From Gnetum montanum (taxonomy: Eukaryota > Plantae > Gnetophyta): a stretch of DNA of 64,000 nt. This document shows, in pieces, positions 13,190 to 25,580 of this stretch (positions are counted from its first letter, which is position 1; every line of letters starts with the position of its first letter). Below the pieces are notes generated by a model. That model was not told the origin of the DNA, did not search any database, and saw only the letters and a program-made list of their open reading frames with translations. Position numbers and translations under genes: made by a program. The stretch covers positions 7,223 to 71,222 of the forward strand of contig MNCI01002976.1 in NCBI GenBank assembly GCA_015680685.1. Reading direction: 5' to 3'.

Positions 13190-16100
13190 TGGTTTAATCA
13201 CCTTCAAATACTAAATCCAGATATTATGCAAAGATAAAACTTTTTGCTAGAAAATAAGAAAACTAGCTATCTTTAATTAATTGATTATAAGATTATAATA
13301 GGAATCTCAAACCTCATAACATCCAAAACCTTTCACACTCAAAAAAAATTGCAAAGCCTAATTCTTTACAATCATACAATGGCTATTCTTAATTCAAGAC
13401 ACAACCAATAGAGAGTCTCTCCCATAACCTGGGACTAAAGATCTCAACTCACAAGTAAGCCACAACAGAAATGAACACATAGATCAATACAACATAAGTT
13501 AACCTTGGAGATGCAATTACCAATTACACTCACTCAATGTGCCCACACACCCTCTCTTGCTAAGCTTTCCACACTCAAGGGATCTCTTTCTCACTTATGG
13601 TACCAACAATTATGAATTACATTAATATATATGGATAACAAGGAGACAAGAAGCTTAGAAACCTTCCCTCAACTGAACTTGAGGTTTTTCATATGTCTCT
13701 AGGATCTTTCAACCTTCTGTTTAGATTTTTCCATCCTTTTCCTACTTACGCTAGCTATTTCTAGAATTAGAATGGGTGATTTCAGAAGTTTTCCTAACCA
13801 TACAAGTCATCTCTAGCATGGGCAGGTCATCTCTCATGAAAACATAACTTTTGGCAATGATGTCTACTATTTTTGAGATATGTCTCCTCCCTAGAAAAGA
13901 TGTCTCCTCTTGACCCAAGATATTATGCCTAAGATATCTTGTCTTGGCCTAAGATTTCTTCTCTATGCACAATACATCTTGCTTGATACATTAGTACTTT
14001 GCATAGGATGTCTTTCTTGAGACATTAGTACTCTACAAAAGACATCTTGCCTAAGACATCAACACTTTGCACAAGATGTCTCTTCTCAAACTAAGATGTC
14101 TTCTATGAAGACTCCATTCCCAACCAAAACATCTTCTTAACCTCCAAGATGTCTTCATATATCCCAAAACCTATAGAAAACAAACATAGGGAAGGAACAA
14201 AGGGAATCAAAAGAGGTGTTCATACACCAACTCTCACGCCCTTCAAAAAGTGAGCTCATATGAACATGGGAGTAGGGGTTGAACTGATCCTTCACTGAAG
14301 AAGTTTGATCCCATGAACTAATACAACATCATCTATAGATTGATCCTCCCAATGGATCAAATGTTCATGTCTCTTGACATCCCAAGTGCTAGAAGCTTTC
14401 CTTAGCTTGAGTATGATTGTCTTCCTCTTCATTGAAGGCTTGGACTGCTCAATAGTCCTGTTCAACTCATTGATGCTACCTTTTATGGTCTTACCATCTA
14501 TTGATCCATGCTAGTGCACAAGATCTAAAATATCAAATACAAAAGACTTACTAACATCATTTGGTAAATAAATCTCAAAATCATTATTATTAATTTGAGC
14601 CTTGATTTTGAAAGGCCTTATCTTCTTGACTTTCAAATTAGAGAAATTAATACATATTAACCATTTCTTCTTCAAATGCACCCAAAATAAGTTACCTACA
14701 ACTAAATTAGGCTTTCATTTCCCCTCATTCCTATTAAGGGCTTTCTCTTCAACCTTCTTCTCAAGATCTAATTTTACTTATGCATGGAGCTCCATCATCT
14801 CTTACATGAAATTAGCACTAGGTTGAGCTTCACAATTAAAGATCTATAAAGTATTTACCATCCTTCAATAAAACACATTGTTCACCTAAAAAGGGCTTTT
14901 GCCAATAACAATGTAAAAATATTATTATATGAAAACTTATCATGATACAAAATGTTTTCCCACCTATTTTATTATCAATCACACAAAAATTTCAATATAT
15001 TTAGCAAGGATTTTCTCACCACCTCTGTTTGGCTATCAAATTATGGATGATATGCACTAGAAAAATTCAACTTTGTCTCTAAAATTTTCCAAAGGGACCT
15101 CATGAATTTGAAATCTCTATTAGGAACAATATTTAGAATAATTCCATGCAACTTCACAACATGCTAGAAAAACAAATTTGCTACATGAGAAACATCACTC
15201 ACCTTCTTGCATGGAATGAAATGTGCCATCTTGAAAAACTTTTCAACAACAACAGAAATTGTATTATTTATACTTTTGGTTTTTCAAATACCACATAAAA
15301 AATCCATAGACACACTTTCTCATCCACTCCTTTACCTCCTTTGAAGTTCTAACAAGTCAAACACTCCTTTACAAGTTTGGAAACTTTTGTTGCTATACCA
15401 AGCCAAAAATAGTGTCTACCCATAAGTTTCAATGTTTTATCTATGACAATGTGGCTTGTCATGCCACTATAATGCTTTTCAAACAAAATATTTTTCCTAA
15501 AATCATAATTAGAAATAAATACCTTTCCATTCTTAAATAATAGTTCATCTTGAATATGATAGTTCCTCTACTAGTTTATCCTACTCATCAATGACTCTTT
15601 AGGGCTCTTCCAAACTTGCCAAAAATCAACATCATGCTCATACAAAGAAACAAAATCATACATATCTTCCACATGGGGTACACTAAAATTCACCATATGC
15701 ACCCTTGATAATGCATCAGCTACCACATTAGCTTTTCAATTTTGTGCTTCAACATAATATTGAACTCCTATAATAGTGTAACCCACTTCATGTGCTTTTC
15801 ACTCAATTTCTTTTTTGAGTTTAGAAACTGAAATGCTTTATGGTGTGTTAATAAAGTAAAATCTTTGGGAAATAAATGATACCTTCAATTCTTGATTACT
15901 TGAAGAATAGCGTATAACTCCTTCTCATATATGCTATACTTTTTCCTTGACTTATTCAACTTTTTAGAAAAGAAAGCAATAGGCCTACCTTCTTGTGAAA
16001 GTACCCCACCAATGGAAAGTTAACTTGCATTCACCTAAACCTGAAAAACCTTCTTAAAATATAGAATTACAAGTACCACTTCAATGGTAATCTTTTCTTT

Positions 16101-18320
16101 CAAAAAGTCAAAGATCCCTTGGGTTTCATTATTCCATTTGAAATTGTTATTTTTCTTCAACAAAGAAGACATAGGCTATGAAATACCACTAAAATTTTTG
16201 ATGAACTATCTATAAAAACTTTCTAAGCCAAGGAATAATCTTACCTCAATATTCTTAAGAGTTGACCAATTCCTAATAGCCTTCACCTTGGTGGCTTTCA
16301 TATCAATTTGGTTTTTAGAAACCACATGCTCCAAATATGTGATTTTCCTCTTAAAGAAATGACTTTTCTTCGCATTGATCACTAGTTTTACCTCCTTCAA
16401 GTTAAGACACACCATCCTCAAGTAATCCAAGTGCTCTTTCTCATTAGAGCTATATACCAAAATATTGTCAAAAAGGATAATATAGTAATTACCAATCAAA
16501 TTTTTCAATACATTGTGCATCAACCTCATGAAAGTAGCAAGTGCATTCATGAGCCCAAATGACATCACCAACTACTCAAACAATCCATCTAGTGTTTTGA
16601 AAGCTATCTTCCACTTATCACTAACCATGATACTAATTTAGTGGTGTCCACTCTTCAACTCAATTTTCCTAAAAGTTTTAGCATTAGTAAGGACATCAAG
16701 GATATTATCCATCCTTGGAATAGGAAACTGGTACCTCATTTTTATCTTATTCACTACCCTAAAATCAATGCATATCCTTCATTCATCATTATTCTTCTCT
16801 AGCACTAACACCATTGGAACTACATAAGGTAAAATGGATTCCCTTAGAAAGCCATTTATAAGTAACTCCTCTACTTCCCTTTGTAATTCATCCCACTAAT
16901 TTGGTGCCATCTAGTATGCTCACTTGTTTGGAATGGTAGCACTAGGAATGAAATCAATCTAATGTTGTACATTCCTCATTAGTGGTAATCCATCTAATTT
17001 TTCATTGAACACCTTGGGAAATTTATATTTCAAGCCTAGCACACCTATAGGAAGTTTGATCTACATATAATCATAGTTAGTAATAACTATTGTCATAATA
17101 GAAAAAACCAAAACTAGTTTCAACATGTTTCTTAATATATTACCTCTTTCCTAGAAGGATTAAGGAAGCATTAAGTGAGCTTTGTTGCCTCACTTGTTCA
17201 GCTATCATGGGAATCAACTCATGGATTCAATTAGATTTAGCTATACTCCACACATTTCTCACTTCATCAAACTAAGCACCATTATCAAAATTCATAGGTC
17301 TACTAATAATTACATTAGCATAGGTTATTGGAAGTACATCACATTTCAAAACATCATGAAAACCTTTAATTTTAAATCTCAAAGTACATTGTTCCCTCAC
17401 CTTTTAGAAAAATTCTTTAGATAACCAATGCAATTTATAAGATTTAGGATTAAAATTAGTTACTAAACCCAATCTAAAACCTATGCTAGAAGAAATAACA
17501 TTTTATTGGACTTCCTCATTAATCAAAATGTGAATTCATTTCCCACTAAGTAAACATCTAATCCCAATCCGAAACAAAACATTTCTATTAGAATGATATT
17601 CTCTATTTAAATTCCTCATGAATGCACAAGAATTTAATTTAGAGATATCCTTAATTTTTGGATCATTAGGGTTAAATTTATAAATACATTGGCTTGATGT
17701 CTCGTACAACTCCATGGTTTACACATCTTTACCCTTAACTACCTTATGAAGTGGACATTTCCATTGCTTGTGTCACCATTATTCAGACTTAAAGCACTGG
17801 ATTTTTGATGAGTTGTTGCATTAATATTTTCCTTCCTTGTCTTGGTTCTTCTTAGCTTTTTCCTTCTCATTGTCTCTTTCTATCTTCTTATTCTAGCTAC
17901 CATCCTTGTATTTAAACTTGGACATGGATTCTTTTTTAGATTTGGATCCCTTTTCCTTTCCCTTGGAAATTTATTTTCTCTTGTTTCCAAATTCACTTCA
18001 TTTCTTCTTAGCCTTGAGTGTCAAATCATAAGCCTCATAAAGAGTTTTCATCTCTTAAAAAGACAACTCCTTCTCATATGCCATTTTAAGACCTCCTAAA
18101 AAGATTGAAGCCTATTCATATTCTTTCCACTTTACCTTAGCTTTATGAAATAGATCACAAAATTCAATGTAGAATTCTTTGACATCTTTGTCACTTTGCC
18201 TAAGAAATTTTAACTTTATAATGCTTTCTTATCTTTAACAATACTATTCAAATTTTTTCTTTCAAATATGATTCATCAAATTTCAATCTTTATAATGCTA
18301 CTCCCTTCCCCCTTTTATTT
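13190..18320 (-). mobile_element. Degenerate CRM-like chromovirus (partial gag, RT, RNase H, integrase, chromodomain-like tail, PPT, ~1-kb 3' LTR 13190-14229); 5' end missing
   Basis: RT ORF 16206-16571 (VMSFGLMNALATFMRLM), IDFIPSATIPNK (~16940), RNase H PIAFFSKKL, integrase ESVSMDF and KMAHFIPCKK (15200-15320). PPT GAAGGGCGTGAGAGT precedes TGGTGTATG. Left LTR boundary is inferred from TGGT and the resumption of the Tekay frame. Confidence 0.82.
13850..14160. repeat. Array of decayed AGACGTCT palindromic motifs in U3 of the CRM-like LTR
   Basis: More than 12 AGATGTCT/AGACATCT/AGATATCT variants at roughly 14-22 bp spacing. Confidence 0.7.
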
Positions 18321-18329
18321 CCTAGTGGA

Positions 18330-21300
18330 CAAAAACATTGAGATTAAAACTTTATCAACATTTTCTTAATTCTATGATATAGATGATGAAGATCCATATA
18401 ATCATATACCAGCATTTGAAACATTGATAGTTACATGTGGTAACAATATTACAAAATGTACTAAAAGGAGTGTCTTTTATCTAACATTTACAGATCGTTC
18501 ATTATCGTAGTATAGATGGTTAAAACAAAATTCTATTCAGTCTTGGAATGGTTTTAAGAATGAGTTTTAAATTGATTTTTATTTTTAGCAAAAATGCACC
18601 AATATAAGAAATAACTTGTAGGCTTTTTACATCAAGAAAATGAAACTTAGGAATAGGCTTGGGAGTATTTAAAAATGTAAACGCAAGAAATCCTGGTCAT
18701 GATTTTTCATAATATTAAATGTTAGGGTTTTTTTTAATGGTTTATACCTATCACATGGTAGAGTATCTATTTTGCTTATGGTGTTACAATTATAATAATG
18801 ACAACAAAAGTAGCTTTTGGTGCATTAGATAAAATAGTGGATCAGAGAAAAAGTTGGCCTATGGATAAAAAAGCCAATATGTTAGAACATAAAGTGATAA
18901 TAGGTTTGGAAAAATAAATTGTGAAGATTAATAATAAATTATCATCTTGATCTATGTCATCTAATGCTAGTTTGTAGGGCCAATCTTTCCAATGTCCACA
19001 ACAAGCATCGTTAGTTTGTATGAATGAGGGAATTCATAACACTAACCAACCATAGGCTAGAGGTATGGATTTTCCTTATTCTTGTGTAATTTGTAGGGAG
19101 ATTAATCACACTACTCATGATTATCCCATTTTACCATTTATTAAAGAACAAACTAATGTTGTAGGTAGTCAAGGTGGATAGGGGAGAAGTGTAACTTTAC
19201 AAAGTAGGATTTGGAATCCCAAACATGTCCAAAATTACCAATCATGTCCTCCAGTTTGGCTTAATTATCCAAATGACCATAATAATTTCAACTATTCTTG
19301 GATACCTAATCAAAATCATGAATTTCATTAGCAAATGCTACAACAAAATGAAAACTTACAACATAATTTGCAAAATCAAAATGATCATATAATTAAGCAT
19401 ATTTAAGCCTTACAATCTAAGGACACATTACCAACACAAATTGAAAGAAATTCCAAGTATCAAGGAAGATAAGTATTACATATGGTTTTGTCATCCAACA
19501 ATGACCAATGTAATGTAGTGACTAGAAGTAGAAGAGTTATTGATCTTCAAACTCCTTTTCATAGGGCTATTGAGAATAAAGAACTAGAGGAGGAATTTGA
19601 ATCTTTACAAAAGGAACTTCCTATGAAAGAAGTGATTGATCCAAAGATTCTTTCAGAGGAAATCATTAATTCATCTTCTCTACTAGCATCTTTTCTTGAT
19701 AGATAAAAATCAAATGAGATTGATGATAAGAAAATTGAGAACCTTTTTAAAGTTGTCACCCTACATTTTATTATTAATAGTTATTGAAGAAAACTCCTAA
19801 TATGCTAAATACCTTAAGGAGCTTTGTTCTATGAAAAATAAAATTTAAATACCTAAGCATGTTAGCCTTGCTAAAAATATCACAAATATTTTAAATGTTA
19901 GGATGTCTAAAAAGGTAATAGATCCTAGTAGTCCTACGATTGCATGCATGATTCATAATAGAAAATTTCATCATGCATTAGTATATCTAGGGGCTAATGT
20001 AAATATTATGCCATTTCAGATTTATCAGTCATTTGGTTATGATCATATTAGACCTACCAATTTTACCATTTCCTTGGTTTATGGGTCTACTAACTATCTG
20101 AAACATATTATTGAGGATATATTGGTTTAGGTAGATAAAGCTTTGCACCCTAATGATTTCATTGTGGTGGATTATTATACATCTTGATTAAATAATGTTT
20201 ATCCTTTGATTTTAGGTAGACTTATGTTGGTAACTATGGATGTAGTTATTTAAGTAAAAACTACATTGATGACTTTAACATTTTCCAATATGAAATTTTT
20301 AATCAATTTATATAACTTTTATTTTTTAGGGTCTACCAAAATTTTCTTTTTACTCACAATGTGGCCTAACAATATGACCTCCACAAACTCCATCATGGTT
20401 GAAAGTAAGAATTTGATTTGGTAATTCCTAATAAGAAGGGATCTAAAAATGTAGTGCAGATCATTTGTACATATTAGAGCATAATGTAGATTTGGAGACA
20501 TCTTATACCTTTAATGATGTATTTCTAGATGAATGACCATTTGCTTGCTTGGCTAGGACTATTATTCCTAAGGTTTGAAACCCTTGGTATGTAGATATTG
20601 CTAATTATTTAGCTGTATGCAAACTACCAAAATCTTGGACTCAAGGATAGAAATGGATCTTCGTCATTAAGGCACAATGGTTCACTTTGGAAGATCCATT
20701 CATGTATAAGGTTTGCAAAGATTAGAACATTCAACAATGTTTACCAAAACAAGAATAACAAGAGGTAATTACTTTCAACCATAATGGAGTATGTGAAGGT
20801 CACTTTTCAAGTAAGAAAATTTCATACAAAGTCCTTCATATTGGTTTTTATTGGTCTAATTTATTTCAAAATACTTATGCATATTGTAAAAGATGTGATT
20901 AATGCTAGTCCATGGGAGGACTGACAAGATAATAAGACATGTTATTATTACCTATCTTGGTGAAGTGTGAACCCTTCAATTATTGGAGCATTGATATCAT
21001 GGGTTCTTTTCCTTAAAGAAACTCTTGTAAGTATATTTTAGTTTCCATTGATTATGTTACCAAGAATTTTGGCAAGAGCAACTAGGCATGATGATGTAAA
21101 ATTGATAGTTAGTTTCTTGAGAGAAGACTTAATTCCATGCTTTTGACATCCAAAAATCCTAATTAGTGATTAAGGAACAAATTTTGTTAATGATATAATG
21201 GGGAAATTGCTAAACAAAATGGGAAATACACATCATATTGCTATTGCATATTACCCTTAATCAAATGATGTAGTTAAAATTATGAATAAGGAAATTTAAA

Positions 21301-23200
21301 AACATTCCATAGAAAGTTATATGAAAGAATAGAAAATATTGGTATACTTGATTACTTGATGCATTGTGAGCTATTAATACATCATATCAGTTGGCTCTCA
21401 GATTTAATTCATATGAAATAGTATTTAGTAAGTAATGTCTTATTATTTCTTTGATATAAAATAAATCCTTTCAAATGCAACGTCAATTGGATATGAACTT
21501 GGACTTGTGTATTTCTATCCATATCTATGCTCTAAACTATTTAGCTAAAGATTTTATGCATGCTCTAGATAGGCAATGTTTGTATAAGAAATAGATGAAG
21601 ATGTGACATGATCAAATGATTATGCAAAAGTTATTTTCAGAAGGTGATTTAATGTTACTATTTAATATAAGGATTAATAATTTTTCTATGAAATTAGTAT
21701 TAACATGGAAGATTCCTTTTACGGTTATTAAGGTATTAGGTAATGACACTATTGAAATTTCTAGGCCTGGTAGTTGTGAGTCTCTACATGTGAATGGTCA
21801 ATGGCTTGAAGATTATTTTGGATAACAACCCTACTTTGATATTGAGATGATTACCTTAACTGATACTTCTTCTTAGTAAGTTGAATTTAATTTAATCATG
21901 AACTAGTTTCCAATAGATTCTTATTAGATTGTCTAAGCTTTATGCTTCTTATTATGATAGGTTAATAGCTTTATTATTATGTGCTTTATCATCTATATGT
22001 TTTGGGTGACAGGTATTATGAGCCATACATTATATTTTTATTAATACTTATGCATGCTAATGATTATTGTTGTTATCAAGTCTTTGGTAGTATCTATGGT
22101 AACATATCTTTCATGGTATTTAGCCTTCAATGACTTAAATTCATAAAGGTATTTAGCCTTTCATGGGTTTTTGGGAATTTTTGTCTTTGAAATTTTTTAA
22201 AATTTTTTACTATAAATAGAGCAAAGGGTGGATGATGGGGTTTTGTCCCATGGAGAGAGTTTGTTAGTTTTTCAATTTGAAAATGATAAATTCTTTTTTT
22301 TATATACTAGGCATGTTGTTGGCTCAATATGTTATTTCATGAAAAATGTGAGGCTCTAGGCCTTCCTTAATTGAGGACTTGGAATAAGAGACATCATGAG
22401 ATATCAAGCATGAACCATGGGGATACTCATGGGGAATGACTTTCATAAGGATTGAACCTACACTAGGAGCAAAGTTTCCATTATTTATGAATTATGTTCT
22501 TATGTTAGTATAATAAGCAATCATAAGCTATTGCAGGTGTACATATTAGAGAATGCCTTTTAATAAGCATCTTGTCCCATTGCAACTATGGAACTACACA
22601 ATGAGAAAAGTTTTCATTGTTTAAAGATCATGTTTTTATGGCAGTGCAACAATCCCATAATTACTAAAAATATTATTCTTAGAAAAAAGAGAAAAAAAAA
22701 ATTAGTTGCTAATAAAGTATTTTGGATGCTAAGTGTTCTCTTTTTCATGGACATAGAATAAGTTTATTATGTTGATGCATAAAGAGTCTCCATTACCAAT
22801 AGCTACTTTTAGTAGGGATGACTATGTACTTTTAAGAGATGTAGTGCATAAGACATGGATAATTTGGTAAATAATGATTCATGAATGTTTGATCATGATA
22901 GTGAGGTGTATTTATATTATTCATTTAGAAGTAAATTTACTTAAGTTGTCACCAAATTTCTTCATATTTACCAAGCACAAACACTTTAGTTATTCTTCTA
23001 TCATAATTTTTCTTCATTTTTCTTGCTTTATTTTCAGTGGACTATATTTTATATTTTCGTTTCCTCAATATTTATTGAAGAATTATCTTGGACTAAGAAG
23101 TTCAAGTAGTGTATGACTCATATTCACTTGGACTCTCACTACGAGCCTGATTATTAGCCATAATTACCTTGGAGTTCACTCTATTGATGTTTATCATCTA
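18330..23200 (+). mobile_element. Degenerate Athila-type element: gag, protease, integrase; RT/RNase H deleted; both ends approximate
   Basis: gag EDPYNH (~18390), protease ALVYLGANVNIMP (19903-20130) and LILGR, integrase PWYVDIANYL (~20585), GHFSSK...GFYW, WSIDIMG, and GPY/F-type tail ORF 21616-21825 (VNGQWLEDY). Confidence 0.8.
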
Positions 23201-24425
23201 CAATGGAGTGTCGCTCCTAGTTCATTGCAATTTGGAATTTATGATTTTTGATTTTGATTAGTGAAAACTACTATGACTCATAGTTCATTCCATTATAATG
23301 TTAATTTCTCAGATTTTAAAATAGTATGATGAGATGTGACTTGTAGTTGATTGCAACTCCAAATTTTTTTAAATTTTTAGTTGTTATGTTGCAATGGGTT
23401 GTGACTCATAGTTGGTCACATCCTGATTGAAAATAGAAAAATAAAAGTAGTTCCTCAAAACAAAAAAAAACATTTTGCATCATAAAGCACTATAAGACGC
23501 ATCCAAGTGCTGAAGGGAGATTTGATCATATACATAGAAAGTAGATCTAACCTTGAATCCTTCTTTCCTTTGTAAAATGCCTAAGGTAGGCCTTAAATCT
23601 CTTTTTCTCAAGCATTTTTCTTCTAATATTTCTAGTTGCACATTATTGTGAGAAAATATGGAGCATTAGCATTACTTCTGAAAATGAATTTTGGGTTTCA
23701 GGTATCCTTCTTAATATTCTAGTACTTGTTTCTTGTAGTGTTTCAAGAAAATTTGTAATTGTGAATGTTGTATTAAACTATATTTTTGTGTTTTCTTTTA
23801 GAATTTTATGGTTCTTGCTAAATATAGAGTTAGAAACTAAGACAAGGATATCACTTGTAGCAAGATAATGCTAGGGTTTGTTCATGAGAAATTAGAATTA
23901 AAATTTTATTACTAGAAGGGACATTATATTTTACTATAGCTCTCCTATTTGTAAATATTTAAATATCAAGTCCAATTTGGGCTTTCTCTAAGTTGGAGCT
24001 AGGAAAACAATAATTTCAATTTAAGACTTACTTAATAGTATGAGATAGTATTAAGATAGTCAATGTGTATTCTTGTGAACTACATTTATGCTACCATAGT
24101 AAATTCTCTGTTAGGTGTGAAACTAATTTCATATTATATAGTTCCAAACCCTTTTCTACTTGAATAGCTATTTTCCACCTTTTCACTGGGCATGTACGTT
24201 GAGGACAATGTAGACCTAGTTCAGGCCACCAACATTGTTGAGATTTGGGAATTACTAGTGTTGAATTTTACAGTTGCTTTTTGTACTTTTTATAATTTAT
24301 TTGCATTATATTATTTTCAATTTTTCATTCTATTCATATTTTCTTACATCCATTATATTATCATTGTATGTCTACTGATGTTCCCTATAACAAAAAACTT
24401 CTTGTGCATCCTAGTGCAAGAGGGG

Positions 24426-25430
24426 ATGTCCTCAAGAACAATCTTTAGTAGCTCCAAACCTAATAACATGAAGATGTGCTTAGAAGGAAGAGTAGGAATG
24501 CATTCATAGCTAGTGAAAGGAGATTTTGGAGTATGAGGAATAAGAGATGAAGTTGCCTACGATGCCATTGAGGACACCTAGGAACCTCAAGTTCCTCATG
24601 GAACTAGTGAATTCACCAGTTTCAACTTCTTTCATAGTGCATAACCGAGAGTTTGTCTTGATAGGAGGTAAGACATTCTATTAGTAGGAGGCTCATCATT
24701 TCTACTTAATACTAGTAAGAACATCACTGAAGTCATGGAATTCTTAGGCTTTTCAAAGATCTTATGACATTAGCGAGGTCCTCATTATTGAGGTCCTTGA
24801 GATGCAGGTGGGACCCAATAGATAATACTTTATGATGTCAATGTTAGAGAGAAAGACTTAATTAACTAAGATCTTCCTTGATGTGATGATGGATGATTCA
24901 TGATAATTCTACAAGAACCATCCTCTTGAAAGGAGGATTCTTGCAAGGTTAGTGATGAACATTTTCAATAGCTTTCATTTTATACATGACATGTCTTTTG
25001 GCAAGTTGGTGACTAGTAACTTGGAAGATCCTTATACCCTAAATTATCCATTTAGTATTTTGTATAGGATGGAGTTGGGAATTTGAGACTCCAATGAGGT
25101 CCCATTTCCATCAATGATCTTAACATTTTATCATCATTTTTGGTTTCGGCCACCTGCCCTACCCCTCAAGGAGATCATGGCATGGAACAAGGATTAGTTT
25201 CTGAATCTAGGATGTGCTTTCTGCAGTCAATGGCTAGCCATGAAATAGTATGAGGAGGTTTAATGGATTCCTAATACATAAATTCTTGGAGATGAGGGTA
25301 GGGATGTTTGGAAGGCCCACTATGCTAACTTAAAATAGCCACAATACTAGCAACAGGGTATGATAGGTTGTGTTTTGTAGTCACCTCCATGATCTAGGTA
25401 TATCCCAACTTCAATTGACAAAACTCCTTA
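24426..25430 (+). pseudogene. Degenerate TE accessory ORF (PMD/env-like?), parent element unclear
   Basis: Stop-riddled, coding-like stretch richer in GC than its flanks, after a T-rich intron-like tract. Contains LRCRWDPIDNT, reminiscent of the plant mobile domain RW.PET.TF motif. Confidence 0.3.
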
Positions 25431-25483
25431 GTGACTTTTAGCTGGAACTTGCAATGTTGATGAAAAGGAGATAAATTTTGTGT

Positions 25484-25580
25484 AACATTGGTTGCAAAGG
25501 AGGGTAAGGTTTGTGCAATGTTGGTTGCCAAAGGGGGTAAGGTTCTATAACATTGGTTTCCAAGGAGGGTAAGGTTATGA
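25484..25580. repeat. ~32-bp tandem repeat x3
   Basis: AACATTGGTTGCAAAGGAGGGTAAGGTT variants at ~25484, 25517 and 25549. Confidence 0.85.
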
